A stretch of DNA of 64,000 bases from Oscillospiraceae bacterium. Lineage in GTDB: Bacteria > Bacillota > Clostridia > Oscillospirales > Acutalibacteraceae. The stretch lies in contig SVPV01000011.1 of assembly GCA_015065725.1 (NCBI GenBank), positions 488-64,487 of the forward strand, read 5' to 3'. This document shows positions 8,362 through 16,110 of this stretch, one piece after another; position 1 is the first letter of the stretch; each line of letters begins with the position of its first letter. The position numbers and the translations under genes were made by a program. The notes under the pieces were generated by a model that was not told the DNA's origin, searched no databases, and worked only from the letters and a program-made list of their open reading frames with translations.

Positions 8362-8910
8362 GTGAAAAAAGCACTTGCAATGGTTGAATATAAAACGGTT
8401 TCCTCCGGTATGATGGCAGCCGACATTATGGTAAAAACTGCCGAGGTCGAGATTATAGAAGCTACAACAGTCTGCCCCGGTAAATATATGGTTTTAATAA
8501 GCGGCATTTTAAGTGCGGTGCGTGCCGCAGTAGATGCTGCCACAGCAAAGTTGCCCGAAATGCTGATTGATAGCTTTGTGCTTGGTAATCCGCACGAATC
8601 TATTTTTGATGCACTTTACGGCACTAGTGATATCGGCAATCCCGATGCACTTGGTGTTATTGAAACCTTTTCGTCCTCTGCCGCAATAGTGGCAGCAGAT
8701 ATCGCCGCAAAAACCGCTTTGGTTGATTTAATTGAACTTCGTCTTTCACGCGGTATGTGCGGTAAATCCTATTTGCTGTTAACAGGTGAGATAGCTGCCG
8801 TTCAAGCCGCTATCGATAAGGCAAAGATGGCTTCGGGTGAGAACGGAATGTTCCTTGACAGTGCCGTTATTCCCCACCCTGACGAAAAAATGTGGCGTAG
8901 TATTCTTTAA
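8362..8910 (+). CDS. BMC-T tandem-domain shell protein, PduT-like
   Basis: Two BMC domains in 182 aa. Cys38 within TTVCPGKY (codon 8473-8475) sits at the position of the 4Fe-4S-ligating Cys of PduT. GTG start 7 nt after an AGGAGG RBS. Confidence 0.85.
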   Translation: MKKALAMVEYKTVSSGMMAADIMVKTAEVEIIEATTVCPGKYMVLISGILSAVRAAVDAATAKLPEMLIDSFVLGNPHESIFDALYGTSDIGNPDALGVIETFSSSAAIVAADIAAKTALVDLIELRLSRGMCGKSYLLLTGEIAAVQAAIDKAKMASGENGMFLDSAVIPHPDEKMWRSIL

Positions 8911-8944
8911 AATTTACTAAATATTAAGAAAGAGAGATTAACTT

Positions 8945-9703
8945 ATGCTTGCAATAGAAAGGCGTAATGCAATCCTCGCAAAGCTTTCCTCTAACGGAAA
9001 GGTAATCGTATCGGAATTAAGTGAAGAATTTAATGTAACCGAGGAAACTATCAGACGCGACCTTGAAAAGCTAGACCGAGAAGGTCTTGCAAAAAAGACC
9101 TATGGTGGTGCGGTTATAAATCAGAGTCTTAATGCCGACCTACCCTACCATGTGCGTAAGCGTTCAAACGTTGAACAAAAGGAAATGATAGCGGAAAAAA
9201 TCGCCCAAATGATACACGACGGTGATTATATAATGCTTGATTCAAGTTCAACATCTATTTACGTTACAAAATATATAAAAAATCTAAAAAATATAACCCT
9301 TATAACAAACTCGGTTGAAACTCTTATTGAGCTTGCTGATAAATCTGATTGGAAGGTGCTGTCAACGGGCGGTGCTCTTAGAAAAGGTGCTCTCTCCCTT
9401 GTTGGTGCTTCAGCAGAAAGAATGATAAGAAGCTTCCATGTTGATTTGGCGGTTTGTTCTTCAAAGGGAATAGATATGAATATGGGAATTACCGATTCAA
9501 ATGAGAAAGACTCTGAAATCAAGCGTGCGATATTTGATTCGGCAACACGCAAGATTTTAGCGGTTGATAGCTCAAAATTTGATAAAATCTCATTTGTAAG
9601 GGTTGGCAATATCAGTGACGTTGATGTAATTGTAACCGATACAAAGCCTGCTTCCCGTTGGATAGATTTTTTAGAAGAAAAGAATGTAGAACTCATTTAT
9701 TAG
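8945..9703 (+). CDS. DeoR family transcriptional regulator
   Basis: N-terminal HTH (KVIVSELSEEFNVTEETIRRDLEKLDREG) plus a DeoR C-terminal sugar-phosphate sensor domain. 252 aa. Confidence 0.9.
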   Translation: MLAIERRNAILAKLSSNGKVIVSELSEEFNVTEETIRRDLEKLDREGLAKKTYGGAVINQSLNADLPYHVRKRSNVEQKEMIAEKIAQMIHDGDYIMLDSSSTSIYVTKYIKNLKNITLITNSVETLIELADKSDWKVLSTGGALRKGALSLVGASAERMIRSFHVDLAVCSSKGIDMNMGITDSNEKDSEIKRAIFDSATRKILAVDSSKFDKISFVRVGNISDVDVIVTDTKPASRWIDFLEEKNVELIY

Positions 9704-9718
9704 AAAGGACTGTGTTTT

Positions 9719-10906
9719 GTGAAAATATTAGTTATAAACGCAGGAAGTTCCTCGCTTAAATATCAGCTTTTTGATATGGAAAGCGGAGATGTACTTGTTA
9801 AAGGTCTTTGTGAGCGTATTGGCTCGGGCGGTGAAATTACACATAAGCGTCCAAATAGTGAGCCTTATAAAACAGAGGCAGAATTCCCCACACACGAGGA
9901 AGCACTTGCTATGGTGCTTGACCTACTCGTAAGTAAGGAATACGGCTTTATAGAGAGCATCGATGAGATTGATGCCGTAGGTCACCGTATTGCACACGGC
10001 GGCGAAAAATACAAACAGTCAACACCTATTGATGACGAGGTTATAGCTTATCTCGAAACAATAGTTCCTATAAATCCCTTGCACGGACCTCCGGCAATTA
10101 AGGGTATGAAGGCTTGTAAACGCCTTATGGGCAATGTTCCGCAGGTTGGCGTATTTGATACTTCTTTCTATTCTAATATGGAGGATTTCCGTACCATCTA
10201 CCCCATTCCCTATGAGCTTTATGAGCAATATAAAATCCGTCGTTACGGATTCCACGGTACTTCACACCGCTATGTGTCGGCAAAGGCAGCCGAAATAGTT
10301 GGCAAACCGATTGAAGAACTTAAAATAGTAACCTGTCACTTGGGCAACGGCTCATCAATAACCGCAGTTGATAAGGGTATTGCAATAGATACTTCTATGG
10401 GCTTCACCCCACAAGAAGGTGTGCCGATGGGTACACGTAGCGGCTCTATTGACCCGACCGTTATCCCCTATATTATGAAGGCTACTAATATGAACGCCGA
10501 CGAGATTGAGGATTTACTTAACCGTAAGTCAGGTCTTTTAGGTGTCAGCGGTATTTCCAACGATAACCGTAATGTTGCAAAGGCAGCTAATGAAGGTAAC
10601 TACCGTGCAGGTCTTGCAATTAAAATGCTTATTAACAGCATCAAGAAAATAGTTGGTAGCTATGTTGCCGAGCTTAACGGTATTGACGTTCTTGTATTTA
10701 CCGCAGGTATCGGTGAAAACGATAAAAATCTTCGCCAGAAGGTTTGTGCTGATATGGATTTCTTCGGCATTAAGATTGATGAGGAATTAAACAATAAAGG
10801 CGAAATTAACATTTCGGCTAAAGATGCAAAGGTACAAACCTTGGTTATTCCAACTGATGAAGAATATATGATAGCACTTGACACTGCTAAGTTTTGTAAG
10901 GAGTGA
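9719..10906 (+). CDS. ackA: Acetate/propionate (short-chain acyl) kinase
   Basis: KILVINAGSSSLKYQLF, FHGTSH and IGEND-type motifs. GTG start. 395 aa. Confidence 0.9.
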   Translation: MKILVINAGSSSLKYQLFDMESGDVLVKGLCERIGSGGEITHKRPNSEPYKTEAEFPTHEEALAMVLDLLVSKEYGFIESIDEIDAVGHRIAHGGEKYKQSTPIDDEVIAYLETIVPINPLHGPPAIKGMKACKRLMGNVPQVGVFDTSFYSNMEDFRTIYPIPYELYEQYKIRRYGFHGTSHRYVSAKAAEIVGKPIEELKIVTCHLGNGSSITAVDKGIAIDTSMGFTPQEGVPMGTRSGSIDPTVIPYIMKATNMNADEIEDLLNRKSGLLGVSGISNDNRNVAKAANEGNYRAGLAIKMLINSIKKIVGSYVAELNGIDVLVFTAGIGENDKNLRQKVCADMDFFGIKIDEELNNKGEINISAKDAKVQTLVIPTDEEYMIALDTAKFCKE

Positions 10907-10912
10907 TTTTAA

Positions 10913-12361
10913 ATGGCATTAACAATTTCCGAGGCTGAAATCCGTCAGGTAGTAAGCCAAGTATTAAATAAGGTTCAGTCGGCACCCGCCGCTAAGGATT
11001 GGGATAGCACCCAGTATGCCGGCAGAAAGCTTATCGGCATTTATGAGGATATGAACGATGCCATTGCCGCTGCAAACGAGGGCTATAAGGCTGTTCGTTC
11101 AATGACAGTTGAGCAAAGAGAAAAAATTATTACAGAGATTAGAAAGCTAACCTATGCAGAAGCTCCCATAATGGCAAAGATAGGCGTTGCAGAAACAGGT
11201 ATGGGTAAGGTTGAGCATAAAAGACTTAAGCACATTCTAGTAGCTGATAAAACCCCAGGTACTGAGGATATCGTATCCAACGCTAAGACAGGCGATAGCG
11301 GACTCACGCTCATAGAAATGGCTCCGTTTGGCGTTGTAGGTGCTATTACACCTAGTACAAACCCGAGTGAGACCGTTATTTGTAACAGTATTGGTATGAT
11401 AGCTGCAGGAAACGGTGTTGTATTCAACCCACACCCTAACGCTATTGCAACCTCTAACTACGCAGTTGACCTTGTAAACCGTGCTTCAAAAGCAGCAGGC
11501 GGTCCCGAAGTTTTAGTATGCTCTATGAAAAAGCCTACTTTAGAATCTGCGGCAGTTATGCAGTCACACCCACTTATCCGTCTACTTGTTTGCACAGGCG
11601 GACCTGGTGTTGTAAAGGCTGTTCTTTCCTCAGGTAAAAAGGCTATCGGTGCGGGTGCCGGTAACCCCCCTGTTATTGTTGACGATACTGCCGACATCAA
11701 GAAGGCAGGTAAGGATATAATTGACGGTTGTACATTCGATAACAACCTACCCTGCATTGCAGAAAAGGAAGTTTTTGCATTCAGAAATATTGCTGACGAG
11801 CTTATCTCGGTTATGCTTAAAAACGGTGCTTATAAAATTGATGCCGCACAGGCAGAACAGCTTGCAAAGATTGTTCTTGTAGAAAAGACCGGCAAAGACG
11901 GCAAGACACGTAAAATCGTTAACCGTGAGTGTGTTGGCCGTGATGCAGATGTTATTCTTGCTAAAATCGGCGTAAATGTAAGCAAGGATATCCGTTGCAT
12001 TATTTGCGAAACCGACTTTAATCATCCCTTCGTTCAAGAAGAGCTTATGATGCCTATTCTACCGATAGTTCGTGTTGATAACATTGACCAGGCTATTGAG
12101 TACGGTGTTAAGGCAGAGCATGGCAATCGCCACACTGCACATATGCATTCAAAGAATATTGATAATCTTTCCCGCTTTGCAAAGGCTGTAGAAACCACTA
12201 TATTTGTTAAGAATGCTCCTTCCTATGCAGGTATCGGCTTCGGCGGTGAGGGTCATACAACCTTTACTATTGCAGGTCCTACCGGTGAGGGAATTACCTC
12301 TGCTCGTAGCTTTACACGTCAACGCCGTTGCGTAATGGCAGACAGCTTCCGCATTATATAA
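10913..12361 (+). CDS. CoA-acylating aldehyde dehydrogenase (PduP/EutE family) with N-terminal encapsulation helix
   Basis: EutE/PduP-like length and sequence, with the catalytic-Cys context NNLPCIAEKE. N-terminus MALTISEAEIRQVVSQVLNKVQ followed by an A/P linker. Confidence 0.9.
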   Translation: MALTISEAEIRQVVSQVLNKVQSAPAAKDWDSTQYAGRKLIGIYEDMNDAIAAANEGYKAVRSMTVEQREKIITEIRKLTYAEAPIMAKIGVAETGMGKVEHKRLKHILVADKTPGTEDIVSNAKTGDSGLTLIEMAPFGVVGAITPSTNPSETVICNSIGMIAAGNGVVFNPHPNAIATSNYAVDLVNRASKAAGGPEVLVCSMKKPTLESAAVMQSHPLIRLLVCTGGPGVVKAVLSSGKKAIGAGAGNPPVIVDDTADIKKAGKDIIDGCTFDNNLPCIAEKEVFAFRNIADELISVMLKNGAYKIDAAQAEQLAKIVLVEKTGKDGKTRKIVNRECVGRDADVILAKIGVNVSKDIRCIICETDFNHPFVQEELMMPILPIVRVDNIDQAIEYGVKAEHGNRHTAHMHSKNIDNLSRFAKAVETTIFVKNAPSYAGIGFGGEGHTTFTIAGPTGEGITSARSFTRQRRCVMADSFRII

Positions 12362-12375
12362 AAGGAGATTTTATA

Positions 12376-13029
12376 ATGGCTTACGATGCTTCTTTAATTT
12401 CGGAAATCGTTAATAGAGTTATGGCAGAATGCAATATTCCTGCCAGTAATAACGATGGCGATATTCCTGTAGGCGTTTCAAACCGCCACATACATTTAAC
12501 ACATGAGCATGTTGAAACCCTCTTTGGTAAGGGATATCAATTAACTCCACTAAAGGACCTTTCCCAACCAGGTCAGTACGCTTGTAAGGAGGTTCTTACA
12601 ATAGTAGGTCCGTCCCTTCGTCCTATTGAAAATGTTCGCGTTTTAGGACCCGAGCGTAAAGCTTCTCAGGTTGAAATTTCCCGTACAGACTCCTTTACCT
12701 TAAAGGTAAAGCCACCTGTAAGAGAATCGGGCGATATTAAAGGCTCTGCAGGCGTTACAATTATAGGACCTAAGGGTGTTGTAACACTAGATGAGGGTTG
12801 CATTATTGCTAACCGCCACATTCATATGAGTCTTGATGAGGGTGCCGCTTTCGGACTTAAGGACGGCGACTATGTTGACGTTGAGGCAAAGGGTGCCAGA
12901 CGTACAATGTTCTATGATGTACAGGTACGTGTACATAAGGATTTCCGTCTTGAAATGCACATTGATACTGATGATGCTAATGCCGCAGGTCTTGGCAACG
13001 GCTCGAAAGTAAAGCTTATTAAAAGATAA
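12376..13029 (+). CDS. pduL: Phosphate acyltransferase PduL with N-terminal encapsulation helix
   Basis: Two PduL repeats (VGVSNRHIHLT and IIANRHIHMS). AAAGGAG RBS supports ATG 12376 rather than the track's 12328. N-terminus MAYDASLISEIVNRVMAECN. Confidence 0.9.
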   Translation: MAYDASLISEIVNRVMAECNIPASNNDGDIPVGVSNRHIHLTHEHVETLFGKGYQLTPLKDLSQPGQYACKEVLTIVGPSLRPIENVRVLGPERKASQVEISRTDSFTLKVKPPVRESGDIKGSAGVTIIGPKGVVTLDEGCIIANRHIHMSLDEGAAFGLKDGDYVDVEAKGARRTMFYDVQVRVHKDFRLEMHIDTDDANAAGLGNGSKVKLIKR

Positions 13030-13039
13030 TTTTTTGTTG

Positions 13040-13073
13040 GGCTGTCAGACATTTGTCTGACAGCCATATTTTT
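13040..13073 (+). terminator. Intrinsic terminator ending the BMC operon
   Basis: GGCTGTCAGAC-ATTT-GTCTGACAGCC perfect hairpin (13040-13065) followed by ATATTTTT. Confidence 0.8.
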
Positions 13074-13098
13074 AAGTAAAGTAACGGTAGGTGAAAAA

Positions 13099-13926
13099 AT
13101 GTATTCAAGGGTTTATCTTGAAATCACCAATATATGTAATAAAAACTGCTCTTTTTGCCATAAAACTAAAAGAGAACCTAAAAGTCTAACACTTTCTGAA
13201 TTTGATTTAATAACCGATAAGCTTATAGGTATTACAGAATATCTTTATCTGCACCTTATGGGTGAACCGCTAATCCACCCGCTTATATCTGATTTTGTTG
13301 AATTAGCAACCAAAAAAGGCTTTAAAGTAGCAATTACTACTAACGGCACCTTGCTTAATAAGGTTGGTGACAAATTACTGTCAGCAGGACTTTATAAACT
13401 AAATATTTCTCTGCATAGCTTTGAAGACGAGGATAAAAACGCTTACGACAAATATATTAACAACTGCATTGAGTTTGCTGATAAAAGTAGTAAAGTTGGC
13501 GTGCTTACCGTTTTTAGACTTTGGAACAACGGTTTTGACGGCGGTAGAAATGATGACATATTATCCATACTTCAAAGTAAGCTTTCTGGCGAATGGCAAC
13601 AAGGCTCCAGAGGATATAGAATACGAAATAAGCTACACCTTGAATACGGCGACCGTTTTACTTGGCCCGACATTAACGCACCCTTTATTTCAGATAATGT
13701 TTTTTGTTATGGACTGCGTGACCATTTCGGTATACTATCTGACGGTACGGTTGTTCCCTGTTGTCTTGATAGCGATGGTATAGTAAAGCTTGGAAATGTT
13801 TTTGAAAGCTCTCTAAAGGAAATACTAAACACACCTCGTGCTAAAGCTATTTTTGACGGCTTTACATCTCGAACGCCCAGTGAAGAGCTTTGTAAGCGTT
13901 GCGGCTATGCACAAAGGTTTAAATAA
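13099..13926 (+). CDS. Radical SAM protein with C-terminal SPASM/twitch-like Cys-rich domain
   Basis: CNKNCSFC (CxxxCxxC) at residues 13-20. C-terminal cysteines (FCYGL, VVPCCLDSDG, CKRCGYA). 275 aa. Confidence 0.75.
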   Translation: MYSRVYLEITNICNKNCSFCHKTKREPKSLTLSEFDLITDKLIGITEYLYLHLMGEPLIHPLISDFVELATKKGFKVAITTNGTLLNKVGDKLLSAGLYKLNISLHSFEDEDKNAYDKYINNCIEFADKSSKVGVLTVFRLWNNGFDGGRNDDILSILQSKLSGEWQQGSRGYRIRNKLHLEYGDRFTWPDINAPFISDNVFCYGLRDHFGILSDGTVVPCCLDSDGIVKLGNVFESSLKEILNTPRAKAIFDGFTSRTPSEELCKRCGYAQRFK

Positions 13927-14020
13927 TTTTTAAAACCGTAAATATCCCCCACATCCTGTAACATTTTGCAAGGTGTGGGCATTTTTTATATATTTTTTAA
14001 ATATTAAACAGTGTTTTTTA

Positions 14021-14072
14021 ACGTATACATTATTGACAAAACACACGAATAACGGTATAATTGTATACATTA
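14021..14072 (+). promoter_or_regulatory. Two GTATACATTA repeats (candidate GntR operator half-sites) bracketing the promoter
   Basis: GTATACATTA at 14023-14032 and 14063-14072, 40 nt apart. The second lies within the perfect palindrome TGTATACA. The operator role is inferred from the GntR gene in the operon. Confidence 0.35.
14033..14061 (+). promoter_or_regulatory. Consensus sigma-A promoter of the citrate synthase-aconitase-IDH operon
   Basis: TTGACA (14033-14038), 17-nt spacer, TATAAT (14056-14061). Confidence 0.7.
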
Positions 14073-14091
14073 ATACTGTTATTCAAGGAGA

Positions 14092-15477
14092 GTGATTTTT
14101 TTGTTTGAGATTTCAAACAAGTCTAACCTTTTAGAAGAGGACAATTATAAATATTCGCTACAGGATGTAAGCGAGCCTAATTTGTTCCGCGACTTTTATA
14201 GCTATACCGATATTCCAAAGGTTGCATTCAACCACCGTCGCGTGCCGATTGATATGCCTAAAGAAATTTGGATAACCGACACCTCACTTCGTGACGGTCA
14301 GCAATCGGTTGAGCCATATTCGGTTGAACAGATAGTACAGCTATATAAATATATGTCAAAGCTTGGCGGTCCGTTTGGTATTATCCGCCAGACCGAGTTT
14401 TTTGTTTATAGCAAAAAAGACCGCAAGGCATTAGAGAAGTGTCAGGAATTAGGTCTTAAGTTCCCCGAAATCACCACATGGATAAGGGCTAATAAGGAAG
14501 ACTTTAAATTAGTTAAAGATTTAGGCATTAGAGAAACGGGAATTTTAGTTTCTTGCAGTGACTACCATATATTTAAAAAGCTTAAAATGACAAGACGTCA
14601 GGCTATGGATACATATCTTGCGGCAGTAGCCGAGGCTTTTGAGGCAGGCGTTATGCCCCGTTGTCATTTAGAAGATGTCACAAGAGCCGATTTCTACGGC
14701 TTTGTTGTACCATTTGTAAACGAGCTTATGAAGATGTCAAGAGATGCGGGTATACCTGTAAGAATCCGTGCGTGTGACACCATGGGTTACGGTATTCCTT
14801 ATACCGAAGCCGCACTTCCCCGCAGTGTTCCCGGAATTATTTACGGTTTACGTCACTTTTCAGAAGTGCCCAGCGAAATGCTTGAATGGCACGGCCATAA
14901 CGATTTTTATAAGGCTGTTACAAATGCCTCTACCGCTTGGCTTTACGGTGCTTCGGCAGTTAACTGCTCACTACTTGGAATTGGCGAGCGTACAGGTAAT
15001 ATTCCGCTTGAAGCTATGATTATGGAATATGCCTCACTTCGCGGCTCTTTTGACGGTATGGACCCGACAGTTATTACCGAAATTGCAGATTATTTCAAGC
15101 ACGAGATGGGTTACACCATACCACCTATGACACCATTTGTTGGAAGAAACTTTAATGTTACAAGGGCAGGCATACACGCCGACGGTCTTTTAAAGGACGA
15201 AGAAATCTATAATATTTTTGATACAGATAAAATTCTTAACCGTCCTGTATCCGTTCTTATCGGCAAGGCATCAGGTCTTGCAGGTATAGCTTATTGGATT
15301 AACCAAAACTACTCACTCAAAGGCGATGATATGGTTGATAAAAAGAGTGAGCTTGTAGTTAAGCTTAAGGAATGGATTGATAAGGAATACGAAGACGGTA
15401 GACAAACCACCCTTTCAAACGACGAACTTGAAGAAAAAATAAGCGAGCTTTCGGGAGGTAAATATGATAGAACATAA
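14092..15477 (+). CDS. Re-face citrate synthase (homocitrate/2-isopropylmalate synthase-like DRE-TIM enzyme)
   Basis: TDTSLRDGQQS and EWHGHNDF motifs of the HMGL-like family. The length, N-terminal region and operon context (aconitase + IDH, no other citrate synthase) match clostridial Re-citrate synthase. The start is ambiguous (GTG 14092 or TTG 14101). Confidence 0.7.
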   Translation: MIFLFEISNKSNLLEEDNYKYSLQDVSEPNLFRDFYSYTDIPKVAFNHRRVPIDMPKEIWITDTSLRDGQQSVEPYSVEQIVQLYKYMSKLGGPFGIIRQTEFFVYSKKDRKALEKCQELGLKFPEITTWIRANKEDFKLVKDLGIRETGILVSCSDYHIFKKLKMTRRQAMDTYLAAVAEAFEAGVMPRCHLEDVTRADFYGFVVPFVNELMKMSRDAGIPVRIRACDTMGYGIPYTEAALPRSVPGIIYGLRHFSEVPSEMLEWHGHNDFYKAVTNASTAWLYGASAVNCSLLGIGERTGNIPLEAMIMEYASLRGSFDGMDPTVITEIADYFKHEMGYTIPPMTPFVGRNFNVTRAGIHADGLLKDEEIYNIFDTDKILNRPVSVLIGKASGLAGIAYWINQNYSLKGDDMVDKKSELVVKLKEWIDKEYEDGRQTTLSNDELEEKISELSGGKYDRT

Positions 15478-16105
15478 AACAATATCATTAGCGGACCAAG
15501 TTTTTGACCATTTAGAAACCGATATTTTAAGCGGTAAATATCAGCGTGGGGAAATTCTTACAGAGGCAAAGCTTTGTCAGGAACTAGGGGTTAGCCGTAC
15601 ACCCATACGTGAAGCCTTACGCCGTCTCTCTCAAGAGCATATAATTGAGGAATCCACAAAAGGCTCTATAGTAATAGGTATCTCTGAACGCGACCTTGAA
15701 GATATATTTATGATAAGAGAGTGTGTTGAGGGACTTGCCGCACAGGTTGCCGCAAAAAGCCGTACGGCAGAGCAATTAAATGAGCTTCGCAACGCTTTAG
15801 AGCTTCAGGAATTTTATCTTACTAAAATGGATTCTGAACAAATAAAAGTTATGGATAACCGTTTTCACGAGCTTATATATAAAGCTTGCGGCGGCTTCAC
15901 CTTTTATGACACACTAGAGCCGCTTCATAAGAAAATACAAAAGTATAGAAGAGCTGCTGTAAACAATAAAAGCCGTGCTACCGCCTCGGTTGAAGAGCAT
16001 AAAAAGATTTTTGAAGCAATAGCCGACCAAAACGGTGACGAGGCTCGTAAATATGCAATCGAGCATATTAGAAACGCACATAGTCACATTGTGAGAAAGG
16101 ATTAA
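15464..16105 (+). CDS. GntR family (FadR/FCD subfamily) transcriptional regulator
   Basis: HTH LTEAKLCQELGVSRTPIREALRRL plus an all-helical FCD-type C-terminal domain. Overlaps the upstream stop by 14 nt. Confidence 0.88.
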   Translation: MIEHKTISLADQVFDHLETDILSGKYQRGEILTEAKLCQELGVSRTPIREALRRLSQEHIIEESTKGSIVIGISERDLEDIFMIRECVEGLAAQVAAKSRTAEQLNELRNALELQEFYLTKMDSEQIKVMDNRFHELIYKACGGFTFYDTLEPLHKKIQKYRRAAVNNKSRATASVEEHKKIFEAIADQNGDEARKYAIEHIRNAHSHIVRKD

Positions 16106-16110
16106 TAAAA

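Noticed and set aside
12328-12375. The PduL start at 12328, overlapping the aldehyde dehydrogenase gene.
   Set aside because: There is no RBS. ATG 12376 has an AAAGGAG RBS and yields the encapsulation-helix N-terminus typical of PduL.
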